A DNA stretch of 64,000 nucleotides, taken from Eledone cirrhosa (Eukaryota). The notes under the pieces were generated by a model, which saw only the letters and a program-made list of their open reading frames with translations, was not told where the DNA came from and did no database searches. The stretch's first letter is position 1; each line of letters starts with the position of its first letter. The position numbers were made by a program, and so were the translations under genes. Positions 28,747 to 41,044 of this stretch are shown here, piece by piece. The stretch covers positions 147,250,001 to 147,314,000 of the forward strand of contig OZ024741.1 of the NCBI GenBank assembly GCA_964016885.1. The letters are read 5' to 3'.

Positions 28747-29195
28747 ATTAAAGGTGGAAAACTGGGAGAGGGCACTTGCCCTGGTGGTCAGGGCCACTGT
28801 GGTCTTTTTAATGGGCTTTCTCCACAAATGTCCCTCGGAAGTCTCCCCCCCTATTGGGGAATTTTTCTTTGTTATTTTATTTCAACCTCTGTTTTTTTTT
28901 ACACGCAGAAATGCCCATTTGTACCGTCCTGTACTGTCCTTAATGTCTACTTTATGTAAACCCTTGTGGTTAATAAAGAAAACATTATTATTATTATAAT
29001 TATTATTATTATTTTTATTTATTTCTCCCCCTCATGAACATCATAACAACTGTGAAATGTGAATTTACTCAGTGGAGAAAGTATTTTCTGAAAGACCCTA
29101 AGAGTCATGAGTTCAAATCTAGAGCAAATATTGTTATTGTTGAAATTTGTGCCTTTCTATGCAACTGACCATAAAAATAGTCAATCACTATAAAT

Positions 29196-29378
29196 AATTG
29201 TTTACACTTTTGGCACAAGGCCAGCAATTATCCCAGTTCATTAGGTGCTTTATTTTATCGACCCCATAGGGATGAAAGGCCAAGTTAACCTCGGCTGGAT
29301 TTGAACTCGGACCGTAAAGGGCCGTAACTCTATGCTGCAGAGCATAGCGTCCGACCCTCTACCAATACTGCCAATCCA
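29196..29378 (-). mobile_element. SINE family 1
   Basis: Matches the other family 1 copies. Confidence 0.85.
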
Positions 29379-29666
29379 AATAATAGTGGAGAAAATCAGG
29401 TAAAGTACCTTACCCACCATTATTGTTGTTTATTTTACTTTATTTTATTTTATTTTTTTATTACTATCAATCAGCCCTGCAGATCAATGATCAAAGATAT
29501 TCCAGTCAATTAATCATGGTTTCAATTACAATGCTCAGTTCAACACTTTATTAAAGGTTCCTTTTACATTTTGTTTTGTTTTTGTTTTTGTTGTTTTTGT
29601 TTTTTTGGCGGGGGGGGGGGCCCTTTTGTATTCGTTTTTCTCATTCTTCCATTCTTTTTTTTATTC

Positions 29667-29930
29667 ATGGCCGAGTGGTTAGAGTTCTGGGCTCAAGATT
29701 ATAAGGCCATGGGTTCAAATACCTGCCCAGGCAGTACATTGTGTCCTTGAGCAAGACACTCCAATTCATGTTACTCCAGTTCACTCAGCTGAAAATGAAT
29801 ACCAACAGCTGGGAATTAATACCGTAATGGATTGACACCCATTCAGCAAGGAGTCTTGTATTCTCAGTTGCTTAAAACCAAATGAAAATAGGCTAAGCTC
29901 TGGCCTGATGAATGAACCTCAGGGCTTGCC
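29667..29930 (+). mobile_element. SINE family 2
   Basis: tggccgagtggttag...ggttcaaat...gtgtccttgagcaagacact. Confidence 0.75.
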
Positions 29931-30073
29931 TTAGATTTTAACCCTTTCAATACCAACCCTGACAAAACTGCCTGTGATACAAAACCACCCATTTTAAACA
30001 GTTCCTATTTTAGTTAAAATATAATTTAATATAAAAACACTTTGTTAAGTTATGTGACAAATGTTATCGTTAT

Positions 30074-30295
30074 AATTGTTTCTGCTATAGGCCCAACGTC
30101 AGAAAATTGGAGGGAGGAGAACGTTGATTAAATCGACCTCTGTGTTTGACAGGTACTTTATTTTATCGACCCTGTAAGGATGAAAGGCAAAGCTAACCTC
30201 GGTGGTATTTGAACTCAGAATGTAAAGGGCTGTAACTCTATGCCATGAAGCATGGTGTCTGAGGCTTTAACGATACTGCCAATACTCCACCCTTA
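30074..30295 (-). mobile_element. SINE family 1
   Basis: ggtactttattttatcgaccc...atttgaactcaga. Confidence 0.8.
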
Positions 30296-30312
30296 TCTTA
30301 ATGATAATATTA

Positions 30313-31288
30313 TCTCTATATATATAAAACAGAGGATATATGTCTGTTTGTGTAAATCCCTAAAACTCGAGAAGTACCTGACCGATTTTTTTCAAACTTT
30401 ACACTATATTTCTTGAAGTGCAATGGGCTAAAAAAAATTTACTTTTTCTGCCCTAGGCGAAAAACCACATGTTTTAGGCATTTTTAGGCTTTTTTGAGGC
30501 GTAACTTAAAGATAATCCAGCTGATTTCCTCGAAATGTGCACCACACGTTAGATAGTCCCCTCGCATTGTTGTGGACAAAAAAATTTCCGATTCGATTAA
30601 TTGTTTCTAGGAAATTTACGAATTAGCATTGGGCATTACATGCCATTTTCATTTTCAATATAAACGCTACTTAAACATCGTAAGTAGCGTATAATATTTT
30701 GTTAAAAATTTGGTTTATTTAACAGAGGACACAACACTTACTTTTAAGCAGGACCATTTTTGGGGATTGAGGAAATGAGGGGGATCTTAAAATTTTGTCG
30801 GCGCCCTGTTGATGTTTCGTGCTTTCATCACGCGCAAATCCGGGCCCTGTGTATGTTGCCGTGTTATTGACACCGTAAAACTCACGTCTGTACTACTTCT
30901 ACTAAGACCCCTTTTGTTGCACCTACACTGCAGTATGAATGCTCTGCGCATGTACTCAAAATAGTGGTTGTGCTAATTCTGCAGTGACCCCTTTTGTTGC
31001 ACCTTTGTTGCTGTGTAAACGCAGTGCAGCCAGTGCCACCCAGTGTTTGTGCTAATTGCACTATGATCCCCTTCTGCTGCAGCTGCGTTGCCACGCTGAT
31101 TTCGTCATCTCAATATCCCTACTTAAATGTACATCCCTACTTGGTTTTCACACAATTGACTACATCGCTCCTCAATCATTCCCTGAGAATAAGGGAATTC
31201 AAAAAGTACACAGCTACATTCCTCAATCTTTGCATATGTGTGTTGCTATTTCACGTTTCCTACCCCGTGCAACGCTGGGTCCAGCTAG
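30313..31288 (+). mobile_element. Non-autonomous Helitron
   Basis: 5' TCTATATATATAAAA; 3' subterminal cccgtgcaacgctggg followed by CTAG (31285-31288). The 5' region is homologous to the 44145-44637 element. Confidence 0.8.
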
Positions 31289-31917
31289 CTTTAATAATAA
31301 AACAATTAATAATTTTAGTAAATCCCTTCAAATTTTTCATTAATTAATTAAAATACAATGTAAATCATTAGAAATATGGTAACAAAAGGGTTACATTTTT
31401 AACTGTCAAATGGAATCTTGTGTGAAATGTGAATTAACTGAGTCACAGTATAAAAAAGTATTTTCTTAAACTCATGAGTTGTGAGTTTAAATTTAGAAGA
31501 AATGTTGTTTTTTGTTCAGCAATCAGCCCTGCAGACCCATGATAAAAAAATATTCCAGCCATGAGCATTCCAATCCTGTTCTATTTTATTGTTATGTAAA
31601 AGTTATTTGTGAATTTTTAAAGAAATATTACCATGATTTGGTTAGGTTAATATATAGAGTAAGATGACATTTACTAATTTATTATTTTAATAGGGTTTAC
31701 ATTCTGAGTTCAAATCCCACCAAGGTCAACTTTACCTTTTCATTATTTTAAAGGTCAATAAAATAAAGTGTCAATTAGGAACTGAGGTTGATTTAATCAA
31801 CTTTCCCTTCCTCCAAATCACTACAAGCTTTGTGACTAAATTAGAAATTAGTGGGATGAGGAATATTTTTCACTGGTTAGAAAAAGTTACCTATGTTTGA
31901 GGGAAATATGTTTCCTT

Positions 31918-32830
31918 TCACTGGTTAATGGTGTAGTTGTCAGTGTTGGTGTTAATGTTTCTGGGGCAGATATTCTCTCTTTTGCTGATTACTGATGCAG
32001 ATGGTGGTGTTGTTTGTGGTGCTGTTGGTAGTGTAGTTGGTAGTGTAGTTGGTGGTGTAGTTTGTGGTGGTGTTGGTAGTGTAGTTGGTGGTGTAGTTGG
32101 TAGTGTAGTTGGTGTTATGGTTTGTGGTGCTGTTGGTAGTGTAGTTGGTAGTGTAGTTGGTGGTGTAGTTGGTGGTGGTGTTGGTAGTGTAGTTGGTGGT
32201 GTAGCTTGAGGTGCTGTTGGTAGTGTAGTTGGTGCTATGGTTTGTGGTGCTGTTGGTATTGTAATTGGTAGTGTAGTTGGTGGTGTAATTTGTGGTGGTG
32301 TTGGTAGTGTAGTTGGTGGTGTAGTTGGTAGTGTAGTTGGTGTTATGGTTTGTGGTGCTGTTGGTAGTGTAGTTGGTAGTGTAGTTGGTGGTGTAGTTTG
32401 TGGTGGTGTTGATAGTGTAGTTGGTGGTGTAGTTGGTAGTGTAGTTGGTGTTATGGTTTGTGGTGCTGTTGGTAGTGTAGTTGGTAGTGTAGTTGGTGGT
32501 GTAGCTTGAGGTGCTGTTGGTAGTGTAGTTGGTGCTATGGTTTGTGGTGCTGTTGGTATTGTAATTGGTAGTGTAGTTGGTGGTGTAATTTGTGGTGGTG
32601 TTGGTAGTGTAGTTGGTGGTGTAGCTTGTGGTGCTGTTGGTAGTGTAGTTGGTGCTATGGTTTGTGGTGCTGTTGGTAGTGTAATTGGTAGTGTAGTTGG
32701 TAGTGTAGTTGGTGGTGAAGGTATAAGTGTTGGTGTTAGTGATATTCCTTCTTTGGCTAGTTGATGGTGTAGGTTTCTGGTGTTGCTTATTGCAATGTTG
32801 GATAAATAAGTATGTGAGAACACTCGTCAA
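31918..32830 (-). repeat. 12-bp-based tandem repeat, open in two frames (Pro/Thr mucin-like or TTNY)
   Basis: Unit ggtagtgtagtt with a 300-bp higher-order period (gtagcttgaggtgc at 32201 and 32501). Coding status is unproven. Confidence 0.8.
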
Positions 32831-33639
32831 CCTTTATTCTAGTTGAAGACCCCCCCCCCCAAAAAAAAAATATATATATATATTATATATATATATATAT
32901 ATGCAACTTAAAAGTGAAATTTCTCTGCAAGAAACTTCTGTTTATTTATTCATTTATTTAATTGTTTTATTTTTGTCATTTTTTTGTACCAATCTCAGTT
33001 TTTCATGAAATTACTTCATGATATCTGTAAGAAAATAAACTTCTATTCAGAAATCTTTTTATAGCTTTATTTGTCATTGCATTTCTATGAAATCTCAACA
33101 AATCTTCCATTGTCCATTTGTGCTAAATTTATTGCAAAATCTTGGTTCTATGTTGCTTCATCAGGTGGAAGCAGTTATAATGGAGGAAGTTTTGATAGAT
33201 ATGATGAAATAACCTCACAACCGCTAACATTATTCAGTGTGTAGATTTTATTCCTACACTAGATTTTATAGGTGGGTTATTATTAGTCCACAATTCTAAA
33301 CTGGTAGTGCTGGTACCAATACAAAAAGCGTACAGTCCATCCTGTGAAGTGGTAGTGCTGGAATCATGATAAAAAGCATCCAGTCCACCCTGTAAGGTGG
33401 TATTACTGGAGTCTTGAAAAATGCTCTCAGTACATGCTGTAAAAGTATTGACATTAGGAAAGCCATAGAATCCAAGTTAAAAATGGAGCATACAAACAAG
33501 ACTAGTCTATCTTTAGTATGTGGCAACCTGTTTAACCCATGCAAACATGAAAAATAAACATTAAATAGTGATGATGAATTCAGCCGTATATTCTATTTAG
33601 TCTCTTTTGTTTGTACAACCTCAGGCATATGCTGCTTCA

Positions 33640-34075
33640 TGGTTTCATTAGACAGAATACAGAAAGGATTACCCTGGAGGATAGTGAGGAAGAAGCATTG
33701 AAATAGCCATTCTAACTCCCAGAGCTCATTCCTACAGTTAGCCAACACCCTCACAAGAGCAACAAATAGGGAGGTGGTTTGGGGAGCAAGAATGCTAGAA
33801 ATCTCCATTACTATAGATTCAACAAAAAACCTATCTGAAAGTGGTTCATACTTCAGCAGCTTGTAATCTTCAGCTTTTTGGGTAATAAAACCTAGATTTG
33901 TTGCAGAATACATCAGGTTGCTGCTGGAGAAAGTGTTGCCACATACTGGATCTAAATGAGGGGCTTACCACTATGGAATGGGAAGATTGTGATGCTATCT
34001 GACTCTTTGATATCCCCTTGGTCTAACCCCACCAGCTCATGCTGTAATGATAAGCCAGCAGCATCCATGCTAAAT
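33640..34075 (-). mobile_element. CRE-clade LINE 3' fragment (restriction-like endonuclease)
   Basis: GLDQGDIKESDSITIFPFHSGKPL...KYEPLSDRFFVESIVMEISS...EWLFQCFFLTILQGNPFCI. Confidence 0.65.
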
Positions 34076-35107
34076 GATTCTAGTTACTGGTACCTGACCA
34101 TTGAATTTTATGTGCATTAATTTTAGACAGAAAAGCAACACAGTGTAAGTAAACACATGAAATTCTAGCATCTTGGCAGATTGTCTTGTATTCTATCAAT
34201 TTTGCAATCTTTAAAAAAAAAGTTTAGCCAATGATAAACATTACCATTATGCATACTATCTCACAACTAGGGGTATATATATATCTTCGTTATACAAAAG
34301 AAAATAATAGTTACTAATTAGCCTATAAACAAATTAGATAATGATGTTAGTATTATGCCAATATATTGTATTAATAAATGCTGCTTATATCAAATTGCTA
34401 TGGAGACCGAATACCATGTCTAGGGGCTAGCCAAACATGTCAACATGCTATTAGCTTCTAATGAAATAAGTTGTCACAGCAGGAATTTTATTTTATTTTA
34501 TGCCATTACTCTTTGCATCAGTTACATAAACAGAAATCTACTAACAGGTTAATGAAGCTAGATGTATCTATAACTTTATAAATAATAAAATATTTGAGAG
34601 GAAGATTTCTGCTAAATCTATTATATGTAGTTATAACATAGCAGAGACTGTTCAGATGCAATGGGGAGAAAAATCTATGTAGTCTTTCATGCATTTTTAA
34701 ATGTCAACGAAAAGTAATATTTTATGCTGCAACAAGTTGATTACCATGTTAGATTATTATATGTACCATTAACTTTAGGTTTATTTAAATTAAGTATAAT
34801 AAGTTTATGAAATATAGCCATAAGGTTAAAATAAATATTTCATATACCTTGACGAAAAGAGCTTGGTGTATGCCAATAATAGTTGGCTCTCTTATATAGC
34901 TATGTAGCAAGCTTCTTTGAATATTTAGAAAATAATGCTATTTCAGTATATTTCAATAAGAAACACAATTAAAATGTGGTAAGCTTGCAAAATTTCAACG
35001 AGGGGGAGAAAGAGAGAGAGATGTTTATGTGAGACAGTGGAATGATTTTGTAGGCAATAATATACTAATAAAGACAATAGTTCATAACAATGCCAATAAT
35101 TAGTAGC

Positions 35108-35323
35108 TTAACTTTTTTATTACGATATTTCTAATGAAATACACTATTGATGTTTTCAAATAATTTTGAAAATTATCAAGAATTTAGAAAGATTTAGTAA
35201 AATTATTAACTTTCTCATTAATAAGCTGATGAAAGGTTTTTAAATAAATATAAACACTTTAAAACAAACAGGTTTGTATAGAATTGAGAGTAGGGTTAGT
35301 TATTTTGGTATAAAAAGGGTTAA
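35108..35323. mobile_element. piggyBac-like MITE (degenerate)
   Basis: Ends ggtataaaaagggttaa. The body is similar to 53269-53490. Confidence 0.55.
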
Positions 35324-37459
35324 ATTAATTTTGTTTGAACCCTCTTTCTCTTTCTCTAACTTCATAGGAAAGAGGTAATGAGATGTGATGTTGTCACAAG
35401 TTAAACATAAACACATGCATATTTATAGGAACATACACACAAATGCATGTACACACAGACATACACCACACACATCACACTACACAAATTGAAATGTATT
35501 TTAAAACAAATAAAGTGATTACTTCAAAGGATTTAAAAGAAACCAAAAATACAAACAACAAAAATAAAATACTCAAAGAGATATAAAAGAAAAAAATGAT
35601 GTTAACCAGGTGAGTGAAAAATCTTGCCGTTTCTTTATTTGGTCTTAAGTCCTTTTGGAGATTTCCAGTGGCTGGAAGTTGAAATAAATTATCGATTTCA
35701 CAAATTGCCTGCTGACTATTTTAAAAGCAGAGTTTGCTTCAATAAGTTATCAATGCTGATAGAAATTTTCAAAGAGGAAGTTTTGGCAACGATCCAACAC
35801 GTTTGGGAGTGAGAAGGATAGCATACTGATATTTGTTAGTGCAATGAATGGTTTATTGTAAAGGAAATGAGAACTTTACACCAAAATGTGAAATTAGCAG
35901 AAGAGTTTTTTTTTTCTCACTCAGGCTGAAGATGTTCTCATTGTGAAGAATAAAATAAGTAGAGCCATAATAGGTTGTTAGATATGAGTCCTGTCACTGT
36001 GAAGTGTGTTGAGTTTATGTGCCAGAGTGTTTCAACTACAGTAGCAAATAACCAGAATCTTTCTTCACCCATTGCAGCACTCATAATCATCATTGGGTGA
36101 ATAACTCTGTATCACCCTTCTCCTCCTCCTTCCCCTCCTTCTTTTCCTCCTCCTTCTCCTCCACTCCATCCCTGTCGATCAACTACAGTAACAAATAGCC
36201 ACAATCACATTCTAAGTTGTGGTTCCATGGTCAGTCCTTTAGCCATACCCTACTCATTTTTCAACTGCAATAGCAGATGGCTACACTCTTCCTCCATCCA
36301 TTGCAGCGTTTATAATCAGTTGTGCTTCCATAGTCAGGTGATTAGCTGTGGACATCAGTGAGATTTGAATCTCTAGGTGGAATTTGAACTCAGAACAGAT
36401 ATCGTTAGGCATCTCATCTGACACTTTCACAATTCCATCAATCAACAGCCCTGAACTGCTAGTTTATTTTATCAACCCAGAAAGGATGAAAGGAAAAGTT
36501 TACTTCAGCAGAATTGAAAGCCAAAGTACAGAGAGCCAGAACAAATATGATGAGGTATTTTATCTGATGTTCTAATAACTCTACTATTTTGCTAAACTGT
36601 ATGAAGATACAATGTTTAGGTACAATATAAGAAAGAGGTGTACTATATACTTAATAAGTGGTTCAATAATGGCTTAAGGGACAGATTAAGTCATTTTGAG
36701 GCCCAGAGTACTTAAAAGATTATTGTGGCCCACATATATAAAGTCTGCAAATTGTTTTTCTTTAGAATGACCAAGACAATTTGAATAAAATGGTGTCCCT
36801 TTTAAAATGAGGCTCTAAGCATGTGGTTATTTTATTCAATGGTTAATCAAACCCTCGTTCAAGTCATCTCATTCACTACAAAGTAGACAACAAAATATTT
36901 TTCAAGGACTAAATCTAGTTTTGCACCTCTCCACCCACATCCTCACTAACATTAATTGAGGCTTGTGTAAAAGGAATGGTGTGTACTCTTTATTGTAGTC
37001 AACATGCACATACACTCATATGTTACATACAATCTCTCAGCCAGTATGTTTTACTTGACTACAAACCAGACAGGGTGATAGAGTGAAGAAGAAGAAGAAG
37101 AATTTCAATGTGTATGATATTAAATGATTTCCACTGTATTCTTTAATATTTGAAAGAAAAATGTCATACATTATATATACATTATCGTCATTATTCTCTA
37201 CTCCTATGGAAATAAAACTATTTGAAAACAGGGAAACAATCAATAAAGGGGCAATATAACCCAAAATATTATCTTCTGAGAAACAATTCTCATCCAATAA
37301 TCTTTACTATGTACATAACTTCAGGCAAATTTCAGTTGAATTGATAATTTTAGTTGTAAATTATTACATCTGTTCATACTCTTCAACTACTGATTTTCAT
37401 ATTCCATCTTGTGAAGTGTTTCTCAAGGTGGAACATTCAACTTCAGAATGGTGCATATG

Positions 37460-37895
37460 TACTATTCTATATACTATGCTATATACTATGATATATACTA
37501 TACACTATGCTATATACTATGTTATATACTATGTACAATGCTATACTTATTACTATATATTATATATATACTATACTATATATTATGTATATACTATACT
37601 ATATACCATGCTATATACTATACTATACTATATACCATGCTATATACTATACTATATACTCTGCTATGTACTATGATATATATAGTATACGAAATTCTAT
37701 ACTATATACTATGCTATATGCTGTAGTATATACTATTTTATATACTATGCTATATACTGTGCCATGTACTATGATATATACTATACTATACTATATACTA
37801 TACTATATATTATACTATACTATATACTATACTATATACAGTACTGTATGCTATTCTAGAGACTATGCTATATACTGTACTATATACTATGCTAT
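37460..37895. repeat. (TATAC)n-type degenerate simple repeat
   Basis: Direct reading. Confidence 0.9.
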
Positions 37896-38117
37896 GTGGA
37901 CACACTATGTCCAAATCATTAAAGAGACCGTTTCACAATCATTAGGACCCAGGCTTAATCCCACAGCATGGCATCTTGGGCAAGTGTCATTTACCATAGC
38001 TTTGAGTTGATCTATGAATTGTGAGTGGAATTAGGTAGACAGAACCTGTCTCGAAGAGTGTCGGATGGACTGTACCTATATTATTTTTAGTAGTTGAAAT
38101 CATTATTATCCTTATTA

Positions 38118-38779
38118 TCCGAGGTGCACGCAAGGCAATGAAACCATTCTGTATGCACTCGTCGAGTGTTCGAATATTGCTGACCCATGGGTTTATGTTG
38201 AGCACCTGCTGTCATGTGTAGGATGGATCTGACTATCAACTGAGTCCATTGTGAAGATCGCCCCTCTTTCCTCTTTAAGAAGGGAAGGACAGGCAGTTTT
38301 TACCTGCTTGGTGGCCATGGGGAAAGAGGTTGTGTGGTGGACACATTTGAAAGGGTTGAAGACAGTCATCTTCCTCTTTGGTGAAGCCCTGATTAACTTT
38401 TTCAGATTTCACTTGAAGAGGAAAATCAGAGTGGAAAATCAGATGTGTTGCCTTCCAGCCAGTTTGTTGAAAGGTGGGTGAGAGTGGTGAACATGGTCCA
38501 TGTGAATGGGCTTGCCTTGAGCATATGCCTGTAGATTGGAGTAGAAAGGCTGGGAGAGGGCACTTTGCCCTAGCGGACTGTGGCTTTTGTGGGATTTCTA
38601 GACAAGTGACCATTAGAGTCTCCTCAACTTTGGGAGAATTATTATGTTTGTTTTAAATGTTTATTTTCTTGGTCTCTTTTATAATTTTTATTTTACACAA
38701 AGAAAAACCTGCACTGTATCATCCTGTATCGTCTTTAATGTCTCCTTAATGTGAGCCCTGTATGGCTAATAAAGAAATC
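38118..38779 (+). mobile_element. 5'-truncated Tx1 copy (related to family B)
   Basis: REGQAVFTCLVAMGKEVVWWTHLKGLKT...FGEALINFFRFHLKRKIRVE. Ends ctaataaagaaatc+(ATT)n and is preceded by cattattatccttattat. Confidence 0.88.
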
Positions 38780-38815
38780 ATTATTATTATTATTATTATT
38801 ATAATTATTATTATT

Positions 38816-40785
38816 TAATTTATCTTGCTTTATGTTCATACGAGTTATCACCATGTCACAGCCAGTGACCTCAAGAGACAACAAGGTCCGCCATATTCAA
38901 GAAAGAACACACATACACACAGATGCATCTTTAGATGTTTAAACTTGTGATGTACTTATATTGACAGAATCTTCCTTAGTATATGGGCAGTTCCCATTAG
39001 TACTATCTTTTGTATTTCTTCTATACGTGGGTTTCCTGGGATTAGGGATAAGTAATCATTGGACCCCTTAGGTATCATTCCTAGAGCGCCTACAACCACT
39101 GGTATTGTATTAGTTCTCAACTTCCACATTTTTCCAATCTCTATCTCCAGGTCTTTATACTTGCTCAATTTTTCAAATGTTTTTATAGATATATTCTTGT
39201 CTATTGGAACGGACATATCAATTAGCAGGCATACCCTCTTTTTAAAGTCCTTCAGTATAATATCAGGTCTTTTGCATCTATTTTTCAGTCTGTTTGGATG
39301 CAAAAGTTCCACAAGATTGAGATGTGATCTTTTTCAAGTACGGGAGGTGGTTGATGCTCCCACCAATTTTTTTGATGGGGCTGGTCAAAATGCTTACACG
39401 TTACCCAATGTATGCTTTGTGCAGCTCTGTCGTGCCTGTTTAGGTATTTGGTTGGAACTATAGGACTACACATTGAAATTATATGATCAATGGGCTCTGG
39501 TTGTTTTTTACATACACAGAATAATGGGTTGCATCCATTTTTTATGATGTTAGTTATATAATTTTTTGTTAGCAGACACTGATCTTCTGCTGATATAATC
39601 AGTCCTTCAGTCTCCGATTTCAGTCCAGAGGATGCCAATCACTGATGGGTTAAAGTTTTGTCAACATCAAGATTGTTAGCTCTTTCTGGGTATTTTCCAT
39701 ACAGTTTTTTCTTGCCATTTCTTAGTCAGTTTCTGTAGCAGTTCTTTCTTTGCAGTTACTTTTACTGGCTTTGCTTTTTCTGTGTTTTTCATTTCAGCAG
39801 TAAAGGGAATTTGTGAAATGTGTAGTTCATTACTGAATCTTTGTGCATCGTTTGTAATGGAGTATGATCTTTTGATGTTTTCAAGTTTCAAAACGAGTTT
39901 GATCATCCAATCATGTGCCTCCCTTAGATATGTAGATAATCCAATTGTTGCAGTTTTCAAAGCAATATCTAACTGGATTAATCCACATCCTCCTTCTTTC
40001 CTAGGGAGATATATTCTATCTGTATCTGCCTTAGGGTGATGCATTCTGTGCATGGTTAAGAATTTTCTAATTTTTGTATCGAGCCTACGGATCTCTGTGC
40101 TTGACCAGTTGATGACATTGAAACTAAGTTACTACTGGTATGGCAAGCATGTTTATGGCATCGATGCTTTTCCTTGCATTCAACTCCATTCTTAAGATTG
40201 CTCTTACTCTGCAGTAACATTCCTTCCTTATCCTTTCCCTCATCGTCAGGTGCTTGATTACGTCTCCTTCACAAATGCCTAGATATTTGTAAGTTTCCTC
40301 TTGATCAAGTTCTCTTATCACATCCCCCGATCAAGATTAATGTCTGAACTTCTCAGCAGCTTTCCTCTGGTGAACGTGGTTTTGGCACATTTATCTAGTC
40401 CAAACTCCATTTTAATATCATCACTCAACTGCTTCACAGTGGATAATACCCATTGCAGTTGCACATAATGTTTTGCAAATAGTTTCAGGTCATCCATGTA
40501 GAACTAGTGATTAATGGTTTTGTGATAGACTTTATAGCCATGTTTTCATTGAGCATTTTACTTTATAGTATAAGTGCAATGCAGAATAAAAGTGGTAATA
40601 AAGAGTCACCCTGAAAAATTCCACAATTAATTTTAACTTCTCCAGCTTCCAGTGATTTTTTTTCACTATTCAAAAGGATGTTTTCATACTGAATGACAGG
40701 AACCTCCTGACAACAGGAGATATTTTGAAAATCCCTCAACACTTTTCAATCCAACTGTGTGGCAAACTATCGAATGCTTTTTTTA
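38816..40785 (-). mobile_element. R4/Dong-clade LINE, 5'-truncated, second family
   Basis: KAFDSLPHSWI, YKYLG, MHHPKADTDRIYLPRKEGGCGL, LKSETEGLII, RHD, KRPDIIL, LIDMSVP, KYKDLEIEI, EIQKIVLMGTAHILRKILSI*. Both ends abut AAT repeats. Confidence 0.9.
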
Positions 40786-40790
40786 TTATT

Positions 40791-40965
40791 GGTGGATTGG
40801 CAGTATCGGTAGAGGGTCGAATGCCATGCTTTGCAGCAAAGAGTTATGGTCTGAGTTCAAATCCCACCGAGGTTAACTTTGCCTTTCATTCTTACGGGGT
40901 CAATAAAATAAAGTACCAGTAATACACTGGGATAATTGCTGGCCTTGTGCCAAAAGTAGAAATAA
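40791..40965 (+). mobile_element. SINE family 1 with (AAT)n tail
   Basis: ggtggattggcagtatcggtagagggtcg...gagttcaaatccc...gcctttcattcttacggggtcaataaaataaagtaccag...ggccttgtgccaaaagtagaaataataat. Confidence 0.88.
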
Positions 40966-41044
40966 TAATAATAATAATTATTATTATTATTATAGTAACA
41001 GCCTCAGTAGCAGCAGCAGCAGTAGAAGTAGTAGTAGTAGTAGT

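Larger units (their letters stand above)
23088..28983 (+). mobile_element. Full-length Tx1-clade non-LTR retrotransposon, family B, nearly intact
   Basis: Same architecture as A with a divergent 5' UTR and ORF1. Ends taataaagaaaac+(ATT)n. Confidence 0.93.
29938..31394. mobile_element. piggyBac-like MITE split by nested SINE and Helitron insertions
   Basis: Starts ttaaccctttcaatacc and ends ggtaacaaaagggtta. Both halves match the uninterrupted copy at 53269-53490 in reverse. Confidence 0.6.

Noticed and set aside
17407-28827. Many antisense ORFs over the Tx1 elements
   Set aside because: Shadow frames of GC-rich or low-complexity coding sequence.
35600-36010. Possible CR1/Jockey-like LINE 3' relic on the minus strand
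   Set aside because: Only vague similarity, with no diagnostic motif intact.
37037-37297. 86-aa minus-strand ORF as a possible host exon
   Set aside because: No recognisable domain or clear splice signals, and stops lie immediately upstream.
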